Made by a program: the position numbers and the translations under genes. The notes beneath the pieces are model-generated. The model was not told where the DNA came from. It searched no databases and was given only the letters and a program-made list of their open reading frames with translations. From an uncultured Planctomycetota bacterium (lineage in GTDB: Bacteria; Planctomycetota; Phycisphaerae; Tepidisphaerales; Tepidisphaeraceae), in the NCBI GenBank assembly GCA_963841915.1, contig CAWJEN010000006.1:1376001-1440000 (forward strand): DNA of 64,000 bases. Reading direction: 5' to 3'. Shown here in pieces: positions 19,964 through 28,256 of this stretch (position 1 is its first letter; every line of letters starts with the position of its first letter).

Positions 19964-20035
19964 GTGGCCAATCATTAAGGTCGCGACGGCCCAGAATCAA
20001 ACCCGTTTCGCGTGTCGAATGCGCTTCAGTGCCAA

Positions 20036-20989
20036 ATGAAACGAGTGTCCGTAGTGTCGCCCGTGCCCAGCGTCTGCACCATCTTCAATCCCGCCAGCGG
20101 ATCGGCCGACGACGCCGACGCCCTGACCGCACTCTGCGAACGCAACGGCGAGTTCTGCAAGACGGGCAAGATCACCGACGCCCACGACAAAGCCGCCGAC
20201 GCCGCACGCGATGGCGTCGATATCCTGGTCGTCGCAGGTGGAGACGGCACCGTCAGCGCTGCGGTCAGCGGCCTCATGCGCGCCCGCGACGCAGGCGTCG
20301 AAACGTCACCCGCCCTACTCGTCGTGCCGCTGGGGACGGGAAATGACCTGGCCCGCACGCTCGGCCTGCCGCTCGACCCGGTCGAAGCGCTGGACCTGCT
20401 CAACAAGCCGACGAAGCGAAGGCCACTCGACGTCATGCGGTGGCGGCTCGACAAGGGCAACGACACCGACGGCGGCTTTGCCGTCAACGTCCTGGCCGGT
20501 GGATTTTCGTCTAAGATCCAGTCCTCACTCACGCCGGAAATGAAGAGTCGGTGGGGCCCACTCGCGTACATGCGGGCCGCCTTGAGCGAGGCCAAACGGC
20601 TTCAACCGCACACGCTGCACCTCCGCATCGACGACGGCGAACCGATGGAACGCATCGCCTGGAATGTCGTCATCGCAAACGCCCGCTATGCAGGTGGCGG
20701 CATCAGCGTCGCCCGTGAGGCCGACCCGTCGGACGGACAGCTCGATCTGGTCCTGACGACGCCCGGCTCGCTGGTCGATATCGCCGCCCTTTCGGCACGG
20801 CTGATGGTCGGCGAAGTCGAGGAAAGCGAGCTGACCGAGCACCACGTCGGCCGCAAGTTTGAGCTGTGGGCCGAGCCGGACCTGCCGTTCAATGTCGATG
20901 GCGACATCGTCGGGCAGGGCCGCCTGTCCGTCGAAATCGTGTCGGCGGCTCTCACGGCCGTCGTGCCGGTTGAACCGATCGAGCACTGA
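20036..20989 (+). CDS. Diacylglycerol/lipid kinase family protein (YegS/BmrU-like)
   Basis: NPASG, VAGGDGT, PLGTGNDLAR, YAGGG, NVDGD. Confidence 0.92.
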   Translation: MKRVSVVSPVPSVCTIFNPASGSADDADALTALCERNGEFCKTGKITDAHDKAADAARDGVDILVVAGGDGTVSAAVSGLMRARDAGVETSPALLVVPLGTGNDLARTLGLPLDPVEALDLLNKPTKRRPLDVMRWRLDKGNDTDGGFAVNVLAGGFSSKIQSSLTPEMKSRWGPLAYMRAALSEAKRLQPHTLHLRIDDGEPMERIAWNVVIANARYAGGGISVAREADPSDGQLDLVLTTPGSLVDIAALSARLMVGEVEESELTEHHVGRKFELWAEPDLPFNVDGDIVGQGRLSVEIVSAALTAVVPVEPIEH

Positions 20990-21070
20990 GGCAGCACCAG
21001 AAGGTCGCAACTGTGGCGACTTCTCCTGCATTGACCTGGAAACAGAGCAAACAAACTCGCCTGGCGTCAA

Positions 21071-21144
21071 TACACCCGGGAGGGCTCGAACCTCCAACCT
21101 TCGGCTTCGGAAGCCGACGCTCTATCCAATTGAACTACGGGTGC
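21071..21144 (-). tRNA. tRNA-Arg(CCG)
   Basis: Reverse complement gcacccgtagttcaattggatagagcgtcggcttCCGaagccgaaggttggaggttcgagccctcccgggtgta folds as a cloverleaf; no encoded CCA. Confidence 0.95.
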
Positions 21145-21174
21145 GACAAGAGTCAGCCGACACGGGCTATCTGA

Positions 21175-21246
21175 AGCGGATGATGAGATTCGAACTCACG
21201 ACCCTCACGTTGGCAACGTGATGCTCTACCACTGAGCTACATCCGC
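21175..21246 (-). tRNA. tRNA-Gly(GCC)
   Basis: Reverse complement gcggatgtagctcagtggtagagcatcacgttGCCaacgtgagggtcgtgagttcgaatctcatcatccgct. Confidence 0.95.
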
Positions 21247-21289
21247 GGCGGTCAGCACTTTAGCCTCGTCGGAGCACTGGTCAAGTGCT

Positions 21290-22069
21290 TCACAGCCCAA
21301 CGATATTGAAGCCGCTGTCGACGTACAGGTTTTGCCCTGTCGTGCCACTGGAAAGGTCGCTCAGCAGGTACATCGCTGCCTTGCCCACTTCGTCGGCCTC
21401 GATGTTGCGCTTCAGCGGCGCTTTCTTCGTCGTGTGGTCGAACATCTCGTCGATCCCGCCGACGGCCATCGCGCTGAGCGTCCGCACGGGTCCTGCCGAG
21501 ATCGTGTTGACGCGGATCTGCCGCTCGCCCAACTCGTAGGCGAGGTAACGGCTCGTGCTTTCAAGGGCCGCCTTGGCGACGCCCATGACGTTGTAACCCG
21601 GCACGGCCCGGTCGCTGCCGAGGTAGGTCATCGCCAGCATGCTGCCGCCGTCGTTCATATGCGGAGCGACCCGGCGGGCGATATCGATGAAGCTGTACGC
21701 GCTGATGTCCAGCGCCTGGCCGAACACGTCCCGCGGCGTCTCGAGAAATTTGCCGACCGCAAGGTAATCTTTGTTCGCAAAAGCCAGCGAGTGGACGACG
21801 AAATCGACCTTGCCGAGTTCGTTCTGCACGCGCTCGAAATAGGCGTCCATGCTCGCGTCGTCGCTGACGTCGAGCTCGCCCAGGAACGCGTCGTCATACC
21901 CGCCAGCCGCCATGGCCTTGCGGGAGCGGTTCTGGAACTTCTCGCCCGGCAGGTTGCTGACGCCAAGCTTGGCGCCGTGCTTCTTGGCTTGGGTGGCAAT
22001 GGCGTGGGCGATGGAGCGTTCGTTGGCGATGCCGAGAACGAGGCCGGTTTTTCCTTCGAGCAGTGACAT
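21290..22069 (-). CDS. fabI: Enoyl-ACP reductase
   Basis: GIANERSIA, DISAYSF, YNVMGVAKAALE, ISAGPVRTL. Confidence 0.96.
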   Translation of the reverse strand: MSLLEGKTGLVLGIANERSIAHAIATQAKKHGAKLGVSNLPGEKFQNRSRKAMAAGGYDDAFLGELDVSDDASMDAYFERVQNELGKVDFVVHSLAFANKDYLAVGKFLETPRDVFGQALDISAYSFIDIARRVAPHMNDGGSMLAMTYLGSDRAVPGYNVMGVAKAALESTSRYLAYELGERQIRVNTISAGPVRTLSAMAVGGIDEMFDHTTKKAPLKRNIEADEVGKAAMYLLSDLSSGTTGQNLYVDSGFNIVGL

Positions 22070-22397
22070 GGTGGTCAAGGCTATGGGGTTTCGACCAGAG
22101 ATCGCAAAGACGCGGGAACGGAACGGGAGAGATGAGGAATGAGAGGCAGGGAGGCAGAGTGGCGAGCGACTGGAGGATGAGGCCGAGCCTCCGACGCCGC
22201 CCTCGTTCCTCGTTCGTCGCTTCCTGCGACTTTTCGCCGCAACCCTCGCCTTGTTCGGGGATGCTCTTCAACGGCGACCATCGTCGCTGCCGATCGCCCC
22301 GCCGCGACTTCTCGACTCCCTCCCCAGCGGCCCCCGCCTGGTGATCGGCGACATCCCGTTCGACCTCCCACCGCGGCCATGTCGCAGGAGCGTTGCC

Positions 22398-23582
22398 GTG
22401 ACCGATCAGATCGTTCAACCGTTCGTCGCCGCCCCCACCCCGGGCCAGCCCCGCCCACAGGCCAGGCCGTGGTACCACCTCATTGTCGAGTTCAACCCGT
22501 TCTACCTGCTGTCCGCCGTCGCGATGCTCTTCGGCGTCGGCACGCTGTCGAACCAGTCGACGTGGAACCCCGTCCCGCTCTCGCAGCTCATGCCGTTGCT
22601 CGGGGCGTTGCAGGTCTACGAGATCGCGATGCTCGCCGCCGGCGTCTGGCTGTACAAGCGGGTCGGGCCGCGGCGCGACGCCCTGCAGATCGTCGGCCTT
22701 GTCATGCTCTTCGCCGTCGACGTCTCGTTCCTGATGAGCGAGATCGCGACGAGCAACCTCGCCGTCGGGGCCGCGACCAGTGCCGGGCTGCTCGGCCTTG
22801 CCCTGCTCAAGGGCGGCGTCATTCTCGCGATCGTCCGCCCGATCCTGTCGGCCGCGACCGTCGCCACAGGCCTTGTCGGCCTCGTCGTCCTCCACGCGAC
22901 GCCCGTCCTGCTCACAGGGCTCGACGACGAGCACGGCGGCGTCACCCCGCTCACCTTCTACGCCCTCTGGTGGATCGTCGGCCTCAGCCCCCTCCTCCAC
23001 GACGCCTACGCCTGGTTCTGGCGTGACGCTAAGCCCCGCGGCGAACTGCACAGCAAGTGGTGGCCGCGCGTCATCGCCGGCCTGCCGTGGGTCAGCCTCG
23101 CGATCCACCTCGGCGTGCTGCACTACGTCTACGACCGCCCGTTCATGGCCCCGCACGCGACGCCGCTGCTCATCGGCCTCGCCCTCTTGCTCCGCCCGTA
23201 CGGCCCGGGCCTGATGCCCCTCCGCATCGCCCTGACGATCGTCGCCGCCCTGATCTCGCTGCCCGACCAGCCGCGGCTCGACGTGACGCTCGGCCCGATC
23301 GAGATCGGCCCCGACCTCCTCGGCCTCGCCGCCGCGTGGATGGCGCTCGCCTACGCCAACTTCCCGCGACTCGTCCCGATGTTCGCCGCGACGACGGTCG
23401 CCGCCGGCGGCTGGCGTCTCTTCGGCCCGACGTGGGACCAACTCGCCGCCGTCTTCCGCAGCCTGTGGAGTCTGGTCCCCCGCACCCGCCAATCCCTCGG
23501 CCTGACAGCGGTGATCGGCGCCTTCCTGCTCCTCCTCGCCGGCATCGCAACGAGCCTCCTGCACCGGCCGAAGGCGACGTGA
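22398..23582 (+). CDS. Multi-pass membrane protein, function unknown
   Basis: GTG after AGGAG; about 10 hydrophobic segments; NPFYLLSA motif; start uncertain. Confidence 0.75.
   Translation: MTDQIVQPFVAAPTPGQPRPQARPWYHLIVEFNPFYLLSAVAMLFGVGTLSNQSTWNPVPLSQLMPLLGALQVYEIAMLAAGVWLYKRVGPRRDALQIVGLVMLFAVDVSFLMSEIATSNLAVGAATSAGLLGLALLKGGVILAIVRPILSAATVATGLVGLVVLHATPVLLTGLDDEHGGVTPLTFYALWWIVGLSPLLHDAYAWFWRDAKPRGELHSKWWPRVIAGLPWVSLAIHLGVLHYVYDRPFMAPHATPLLIGLALLLRPYGPGLMPLRIALTIVAALISLPDQPRLDVTLGPIEIGPDLLGLAAAWMALAYANFPRLVPMFAATTVAAGGWRLFGPTWDQLAAVFRSLWSLVPRTRQSLGLTAVIGAFLLLLAGIATSLLHRPKAT
23406..23582 (+). repeat. Direct repeat copy 1 (3' end of the membrane-protein gene)
   Basis: Matches 25720-25905; I count 16 substitutions plus one 9-nt indel. 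Confidence 0.95.
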
Positions 23583-23614
23583 CCGCTGGCGAACCGGAGG
23601 GCACCATCGAATAG

Positions 23615-23647
23615 AAAATGTGCCGGCTCGCCTTCGCGAGCCGGCAC
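23615..23647 (-). terminator. Intrinsic terminator of the minus-strand cassette
   Basis: 12-bp stem gtgccggctcgc/gcgagccggcac with a T4 run on the minus strand. Confidence 0.7.
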
Positions 23648-23670
23648 GTCGTGTTGTCAACGGAAGTCGC

Positions 23671-24339
23671 TCAGGCCCTGCGACGCCGGAGCAGGACCAG
23701 CCCGCCCGTCGCGATCAAGGCCAGCGAGCTCGGCTCCGGCACAGCGGTGATGCGCAGTGACACCGGTGCGCTGCTGTCGAGTCGGCCGGCAACATCGTCG
23801 CGCAAATCGTGGGCGATCAACGTCAGGTCGTACGTGCCCGGAAGGAGGGAGAACAGCGTCTGGCCGTGCGGGTGGTAGCCGTTGTCGAAGTCGAGCAGCC
23901 GACCGGCGAGATCAGCGTCGGTGCGGGCGGTCTGCCCATCACCCATGTGCCCCGGAATGAGGAAGCCGATGACGTTGTCGGCCGAGCCATCCACCGCGGT
24001 CACGCCGGCAAGCTCGTAGCTGTAGTCGCCGCCTGCGAGTGGGTCGAAGGCGGCGCTGCTGTAGAAGTCGGTCGTCATCGTCCGTGCAGCGCCTCCGACG
24101 AAGCCGTCGAACGGGCCGCCGACCTGAGCGAACTCGAGCGGCGTGACCAGCGGCGAGCCGTCGAGGTTGACGAGCAGGTTGTTGTCACCCGTGAAGGTCG
24201 CGTCGGTGCCGTACGTGAGGATCTCGAGCGTGCCGTCGCCGTTCTCGTCAGCCAAGCTGATGTGCAGGTGAGCGGAGGCGACGCCGGCGAGACCGACAAG
24301 GGCGAGGGCAGAGGTGAAGAGGGAAATCTTGAAGTTCAT
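23671..24339 (-). CDS. His-rich PEP-CTERM surface protein, putative metal binding
   Basis: Signal peptide then HLH; GHMG; YHPHGQTLFSLLPGTYDLTL; VPEP...LLRRRR. Confidence 0.85.
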   Translation of the reverse strand: MNFKISLFTSALALVGLAGVASAHLHISLADENGDGTLEILTYGTDATFTGDNNLLVNLDGSPLVTPLEFAQVGGPFDGFVGGAARTMTTDFYSSAAFDPLAGGDYSYELAGVTAVDGSADNVIGFLIPGHMGDGQTARTDADLAGRLLDFDNGYHPHGQTLFSLLPGTYDLTLIAHDLRDDVAGRLDSSAPVSLRITAVPEPSSLALIATGGLVLLRRRRA

Positions 24340-24363
24340 GAGTTTTGGGTAAGGCTTTGAGAT

Positions 24364-25044
24364 TTACTGCGAGTTGCGAGGGTCGAGCAGCGGGTGGTCC
24401 GCGCCGAAATCGGCTCGAAGGACTTTCCACGGCTCGGCCTCGACGTGGCCGTCGACAAAGAGGAAGTTGCTCCAGCCGGCGGGCTCGTTGCCGTGCCGTT
24501 CGACGGCGACGGACGAGCGAAGACCGGCGGCGGTTGTGACGCCGACCATGTGGACGTGATCACCAGGCAGATCACTTTCGACGACAAAGGCCGTCAGCGT
24601 CGGCTTGCGGATGTCCACGAGTTTGAGGAACGGACGGGTTCGCCCGCCCGGAAGTGTCGTGCCTGTGATCGGGTTGAAGTCGATCCAGGCGGTCAGAGGT
24701 TGCATGTAGTCGTTGGTCAGGTAGCTCGTCGTCGGCGACGGCGTGCGGTCGAGCCGCTTGTCGTCCGGGCAGAGCCGGACGTCGACGTCGATGCCGAACG
24801 GGACGAGCGTGTCGAGCCAACCGGTCGGACTCGCCGAGTGTGCGGCGAGCGGGAAGCGGCCGTCGTGGTCGCTCGCATACATCGCGACGCCCATGCCGAT
24901 CTGACGCAGATTGCTGAGGCAGACCGTGTTCTTACCCCGTTGCCGAGCGCTGTTGAGCGCTGGCAGGAGGATCGAAATGAGCAGCGCGATGATGCCGATG
25001 ACGACGAGCAGCTCCACAAGCGTGAAGGCGCTTCGCTGGTGCAT
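24364..25044 (-). CDS. Prepilin-type N-terminal methylation protein with H-X9-DG-type C-terminus (DUF1559-like)
   Basis: AFTLVELLVVIGIIALLISILLPALNSAR...CLSNLRQIG; RHG...NFLFVDGHV. Confidence 0.92.
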   Translation of the reverse strand: MHQRSAFTLVELLVVIGIIALLISILLPALNSARQRGKNTVCLSNLRQIGMGVAMYASDHDGRFPLAAHSASPTGWLDTLVPFGIDVDVRLCPDDKRLDRTPSPTTSYLTNDYMQPLTAWIDFNPITGTTLPGGRTRPFLKLVDIRKPTLTAFVVESDLPGDHVHMVGVTTAAGLRSSVAVERHGNEPAGWSNFLFVDGHVEAEPWKVLRADFGADHPLLDPRNSQ

Positions 25045-25054
25045 GGCAGGTTGT

Positions 25055-25078
25055 AAAAGGGCGTCGGAACACGACGCC
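25055..25078 (-). promoter_or_regulatory. Hairpin plus U-run just upstream of the prepilin start (possible attenuator)
   Basis: ggcgtcg-tgttc-cgacgcc then ctttt, 10 nt before the ATG at 25044. Confidence 0.5.
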
Positions 25079-25109
25079 GCAAAGGACCAAGGCCCTTGAG
25101 CAACGCCGC

Positions 25110-25532
25110 TTAGATCACGACAGGCAACGGCCCGATCGGGGGCCCACGCGCGTCGAGGACGCGTACGTCCTCGCACACATACGCGACAACGGGCGGCAAG
25201 GCCGGCACTTCCTCCACCACAACGGGCGGCGGCAGGACGAACACCAACGCCACCGCGACCGACATCCGTGCCGCGAAGTGGCAGACGGCGCAGTTGGCCT
25301 TGCGCTGCTCGCTCATCGGCTCCGGCTCGCCGTCGTTCGACGAGGTCGAGCTTGTAACGGAACAGCACCCGGCCAGGGCAGAGATGCCCGGCCGCCCATC
25401 ATCACGCGTTGCCGTGGGCGGGTCGTAGGTGCCGGGCAGAACGATCTGCCCGCGCGTGTGGCCGGGCACGATCATCAGCAGCCACACCGCCTGCCAGAGC
25501 AGGACGAGAATGTGCAGCGGACGTTTCCTCAT
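25110..25532 (-). CDS. DUF2946-like protein (CxxC, Pro-rich tail, RGPP)
   Basis: Hydrophobic N-terminus, GH, CC, CAVCH, PPP-rich linker, DARGPP near the C-terminus. Confidence 0.7.
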   Translation of the reverse strand: MRKRPLHILVLLWQAVWLLMIVPGHTRGQIVLPGTYDPPTATRDDGRPGISALAGCCSVTSSTSSNDGEPEPMSEQRKANCAVCHFAARMSVAVALVFVLPPPVVVEEVPALPPVVAYVCEDVRVLDARGPPIGPLPVVI

Positions 25533-25580
25533 GCGGACCCGCTCATCGTACGAGATCCGCTTCGCTCTCGATCTTCACGG

Positions 25581-25667
25581 ATGTCGCAGCCACGCTTTGT
25601 CGCACCGACGACGGCCGGCACGCTCATGGCCTTGGCCGGCACCGCCCTGCTCCGCCGTCGGCGGTAG
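25581..25667 (+). pseudogene. Isolated degenerate PEP-CTERM tail
   Basis: MSQPRFVAPTTAGTLMALAGTALLRRRR-stop. Confidence 0.45.
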
Positions 25668-25719
25668 CGGAAGCGACGTTCAAGCAGCCCTCGCCAGCCG
25701 CCGCCCGGCCTTCGCCGGC

Positions 25720-25905
25720 GGCGGCTGGCGTCTCTTCGGCCCGACGTGGGACCAGCTCGCCGCCGTCCTCCGCGGCCTGTGGAACCTGATCCCCCCACGC
25801 CCCCGTACCCGCCACGCCCTCGGCCTGACGGCGACCATCGGCGCCTTTCTACTCCTCCTCGCCGGCATCGCGACGAGCCTCCTGCACCGGCCGAAGGCGA
25901 CGTGA
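25720..25905 (+). repeat. Direct repeat copy 2 (orphan gene 3' end)
   Basis: Encodes GGWRLFGPTWDQLAAV...LLHRPKAT-stop, as at 23406-23582. Confidence 0.95.
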
Positions 25906-25950
25906 ACACGCTAGAATGGCTTCGGGGGATTCCGCTGAACGAGGCCGTTA

Positions 25951-26688
25951 ATGAACCACGTACTGAAGCATCACCTCACGATCATCGTAGTCGTGCTCGC
26001 GTCCGCTTGGCTGTCGGTGGGTTTTGCTGACGCTCAGGTGGCCGAGGACGGCGATCCTGGTGAGGCTCTAGCTGCAGAAGACACCGCATACCTCGCTTAC
26101 GCTGAGTGGGTGGAAAGCCTCGATGAGGGTTCGCCTCGCGACGCGGCCGGTGGGTTGCTCGTCTGCGGATTCGATGATGACTTCGCAGCCGTAATTCCCG
26201 ACAACGAGCAGGTGTCGACATCACGGAATATTGCCGAGGGCTACTGCCTCTTCTTCGCGGGCGTTCGGGCTTTCCAGCGAGAGGCCGACGGCCAAGTTGC
26301 AGTCGATCCGATGGCGATGCGTAACGAGCTGAAGCACGTCTCCGAAGTCGTCAGTCTGGACTCTGGCGATAGAGAGTTCGAGGCGACCGTGCACCACTTC
26401 ATCGCTCCCAACGGCTTCGTTGTCGCTGACATGACACAGGTGCAGGGCGATTGGAAACAGGTAGCTGCTTTGTCGGCGCTATATCAACAGCTCGGCCTCA
26501 CGCCGCAACAGGTCGATGTACGGGATCTCGGGCAGTTTTTGGCTCAACTCGGCATCTCGCTATCCGCGACAGCGGAGGGAATCGAGCAAGGCGATCTGAC
26601 GAAGGATGAGGGCCGTGCCAAGATGCAGTCGCTTCAATCGAGCTTGTTCCGCCGGTATTCTCGCAAAGCCGCTGACCGGCAAGAGTGA
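25951..26688 (+). CDS. Secreted hypothetical protein
   Basis: 245-aa ORF with signal peptide (..GFADA); visibly lower GC than flanks. Confidence 0.65.
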   Translation: MNHVLKHHLTIIVVVLASAWLSVGFADAQVAEDGDPGEALAAEDTAYLAYAEWVESLDEGSPRDAAGGLLVCGFDDDFAAVIPDNEQVSTSRNIAEGYCLFFAGVRAFQREADGQVAVDPMAMRNELKHVSEVVSLDSGDREFEATVHHFIAPNGFVVADMTQVQGDWKQVAALSALYQQLGLTPQQVDVRDLGQFLAQLGISLSATAEGIEQGDLTKDEGRAKMQSLQSSLFRRYSRKAADRQE

Positions 26689-26692
26689 TGAA

Positions 26693-26718
26693 GCAGGCTG
26701 TGCTGAAACACGGCCTAC
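26693..26718 (-). repeat. GTAG-led REP-like palindrome
   Basis: gtaggccgtg-tttcag-cacagcctgc. Confidence 0.45.
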
Positions 26719-26795
26719 GAAGAAGCTCTCGGCCGGCGGAGGAGGTTGGGCGGGGTCGGCGGCGGGCGGACGACGCGGTCTCCGCAACGGCAGGA

Positions 26796-26873
26796 TCAGT
26801 CGGCGTCGTAGACGCCCTCCCGCACGAGGCGGCCGAAGCTCGACCACGGCCACTTGTGCGGGCACGTCGCGAC
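26796..26873 (-). pseudogene. C-terminal remnant of REP-associated tyrosine transposase (RAYT)
   Basis: VATCPHKWPWSSFGRLVREGVYDAD resembles the RAYT C-terminal WPxSS...GxY segment; abuts a REPIN. Confidence 0.65.
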
Positions 26874-26882
26874 GCGGTTGCT

Positions 26883-26956
26883 CGGGTGCCACGACACGCA
26901 GTGTCGTGATGCGGCTGAGGACGCTTCAACCACGACACTGCGTGTCGTGGCACCCG
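26883..26956. repeat. REPIN-like element: two inverted 26-bp palindromic REPs
   Basis: cgggtgccacgacacgcagtgtcgtg and its exact reverse complement at 26931-26956; each has an internal hairpin cacgacac-gca-gtgtcgtg. Confidence 0.85.
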
Positions 26957-27057
26957 GCACCCGGCGTACGGATGTGCGGGGCTGGGGATTGGCGCATCGA
27001 CCGCCCGCGACACGCAGGCGCGGCGTCTTATCGCCGGGCATCGGCTCAACGGCCTGC

Positions 27058-27246
27058 CCGCCTCCAATGGCGTCGAGCCGCCGCCGCCCCGCCCCGAGTC
27101 CCGGCCGCCCGGAACCGTGCCAACCTCATGTTGGCACGAGTCCACTTCATGTTGGCACGAGCCCACCCGCCCGCGACACGAGCCCATGCCGGCCTGCCTC
27201 GATGCCCCGCGAGGGCGACACGAGGCCACCGCGGATGGACTCGAGC
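27058..27246 (+). repeat. Degenerate 21-nt periodic array (9 units)
   Basis: CGAG-type anchor every 21 nt; units at 27121 and 27142 nearly identical. Confidence 0.75.
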
Positions 27247-27384
27247 CCCTCCGACCGCGGCGGGATGACCAACGGTTTTACATCAACACATCACGACGGT
27301 TCCGCGATCCGCCAGCCTCTGTTGCATCCCATAACGCGCTGCGCCGCCAGCGTCTCCGCGGCGATCTCGCGCAGCAACGACGCA

Positions 27385-27626
27385 AAGCCGCCGACCCGGC
27401 CGACTGGACGCTCGAGCGGCTGTCGGGCAAGACGACGATCAATCTGATCTACCCGAACCTCGCCGGCGAGACGACAGTGTGGGCCCGCTGCGCCTACCTC
27501 AACGGCCGCAACGAGACGGGCCCGGCGAGCCCGCCGGTCTGCGTCCGCCTCCCCGGCAACGGCCTCGTCGCCCCGGCGGGCCAACTCGGCGGCGACGCCG
27601 GGCAGCCGATGAAGATCGCGGCGTGA
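27385..27626 (+). pseudogene. C-terminal fragment of a hypothetical beta-sandwich-like protein
   Basis: ADPADWTLERLSGKTT...VWARCAYLNGRNETGPAS...MKIAA looks coding but has no credible N-terminus. Confidence 0.5.
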
Positions 27627-27746
27627 GGTTGGGGTGTCGGTGGAGATTCATGGCCAGCCGCGACCCGGAGGGTTGCGGCTGGCGTTCGTTTGGAGGGGTA
27701 GGTTCGTCTAATGCCGGTGGCTGACGCACACCCGGCTGCTGTTCGT

Positions 27747-28166
27747 TCATGTTCTTCGAATCACATATCGATTTCGTTGCTGCTTCATGTGGACCAGCAG
27801 TGCTTCGTAAGCCTCGTCACCAATCATGTAGGAGAACGTTCGTCGCATCTCGACGACGTCGCTGTAGGTGAACCAGCGTGGCATGTCTTCACGAGCGAGC
27901 TTAATCGTCGGGATCTTCTCATAGAAGCACGTCGCGACAGCGCTGAGCGGATCGTACGGAGGATTGTCGTTGCGACGGGCTCGTACACACCAGTCGGCGA
28001 AGGCATAGATGCGAGCGATGAGTGCTTCGTCACGCGGCTCCTTGCGATATGCGTCTTCAAAGGCAAATCCTATCTCGATCCAGAGCGACATCACCGAGTC
28101 CGCAGTATCGATCTCCTGCTTAAGCTCCGGCAGACGTTCATTCGCTTCCCTCCGCCAAAGAGCCAT
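27747..28166 (-). CDS. Hypothetical helical protein
   Basis: 139-aa ORF, lower GC, IYAFADWC and CFYE segments. Confidence 0.65.
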   Translation of the reverse strand: MALWRREANERLPELKQEIDTADSVMSLWIEIGFAFEDAYRKEPRDEALIARIYAFADWCVRARRNDNPPYDPLSAVATCFYEKIPTIKLAREDMPRWFTYSDVVEMRRTFSYMIGDEAYEALLVHMKQQRNRYVIRRT

Positions 28167-28256
28167 TGTGCCGATTATAGCTTTTCGCCATCGCTAATCG
28201 CGGCCGGCATTCGTTCCACGCCTAGGCCTTCCAAACGCCGACCGTACCCTCGCCCC

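Noticed and set aside
21071..21246. tRNA-targeted genomic island
   Set aside because: I found no duplicated tRNA 3' end and no integrase; flanks are core genes
23406..25905. DGR template/variable repeat pair
   Set aside because: Differences are not confined to adenines (T/C, G/A, GTG/ACC, a 9-nt indel) and there is no reverse transcriptase in the window
27058..27246. CRISPR array
   Set aside because: Period is only 21 nt with a conserved part of about 6 nt; no cas genes
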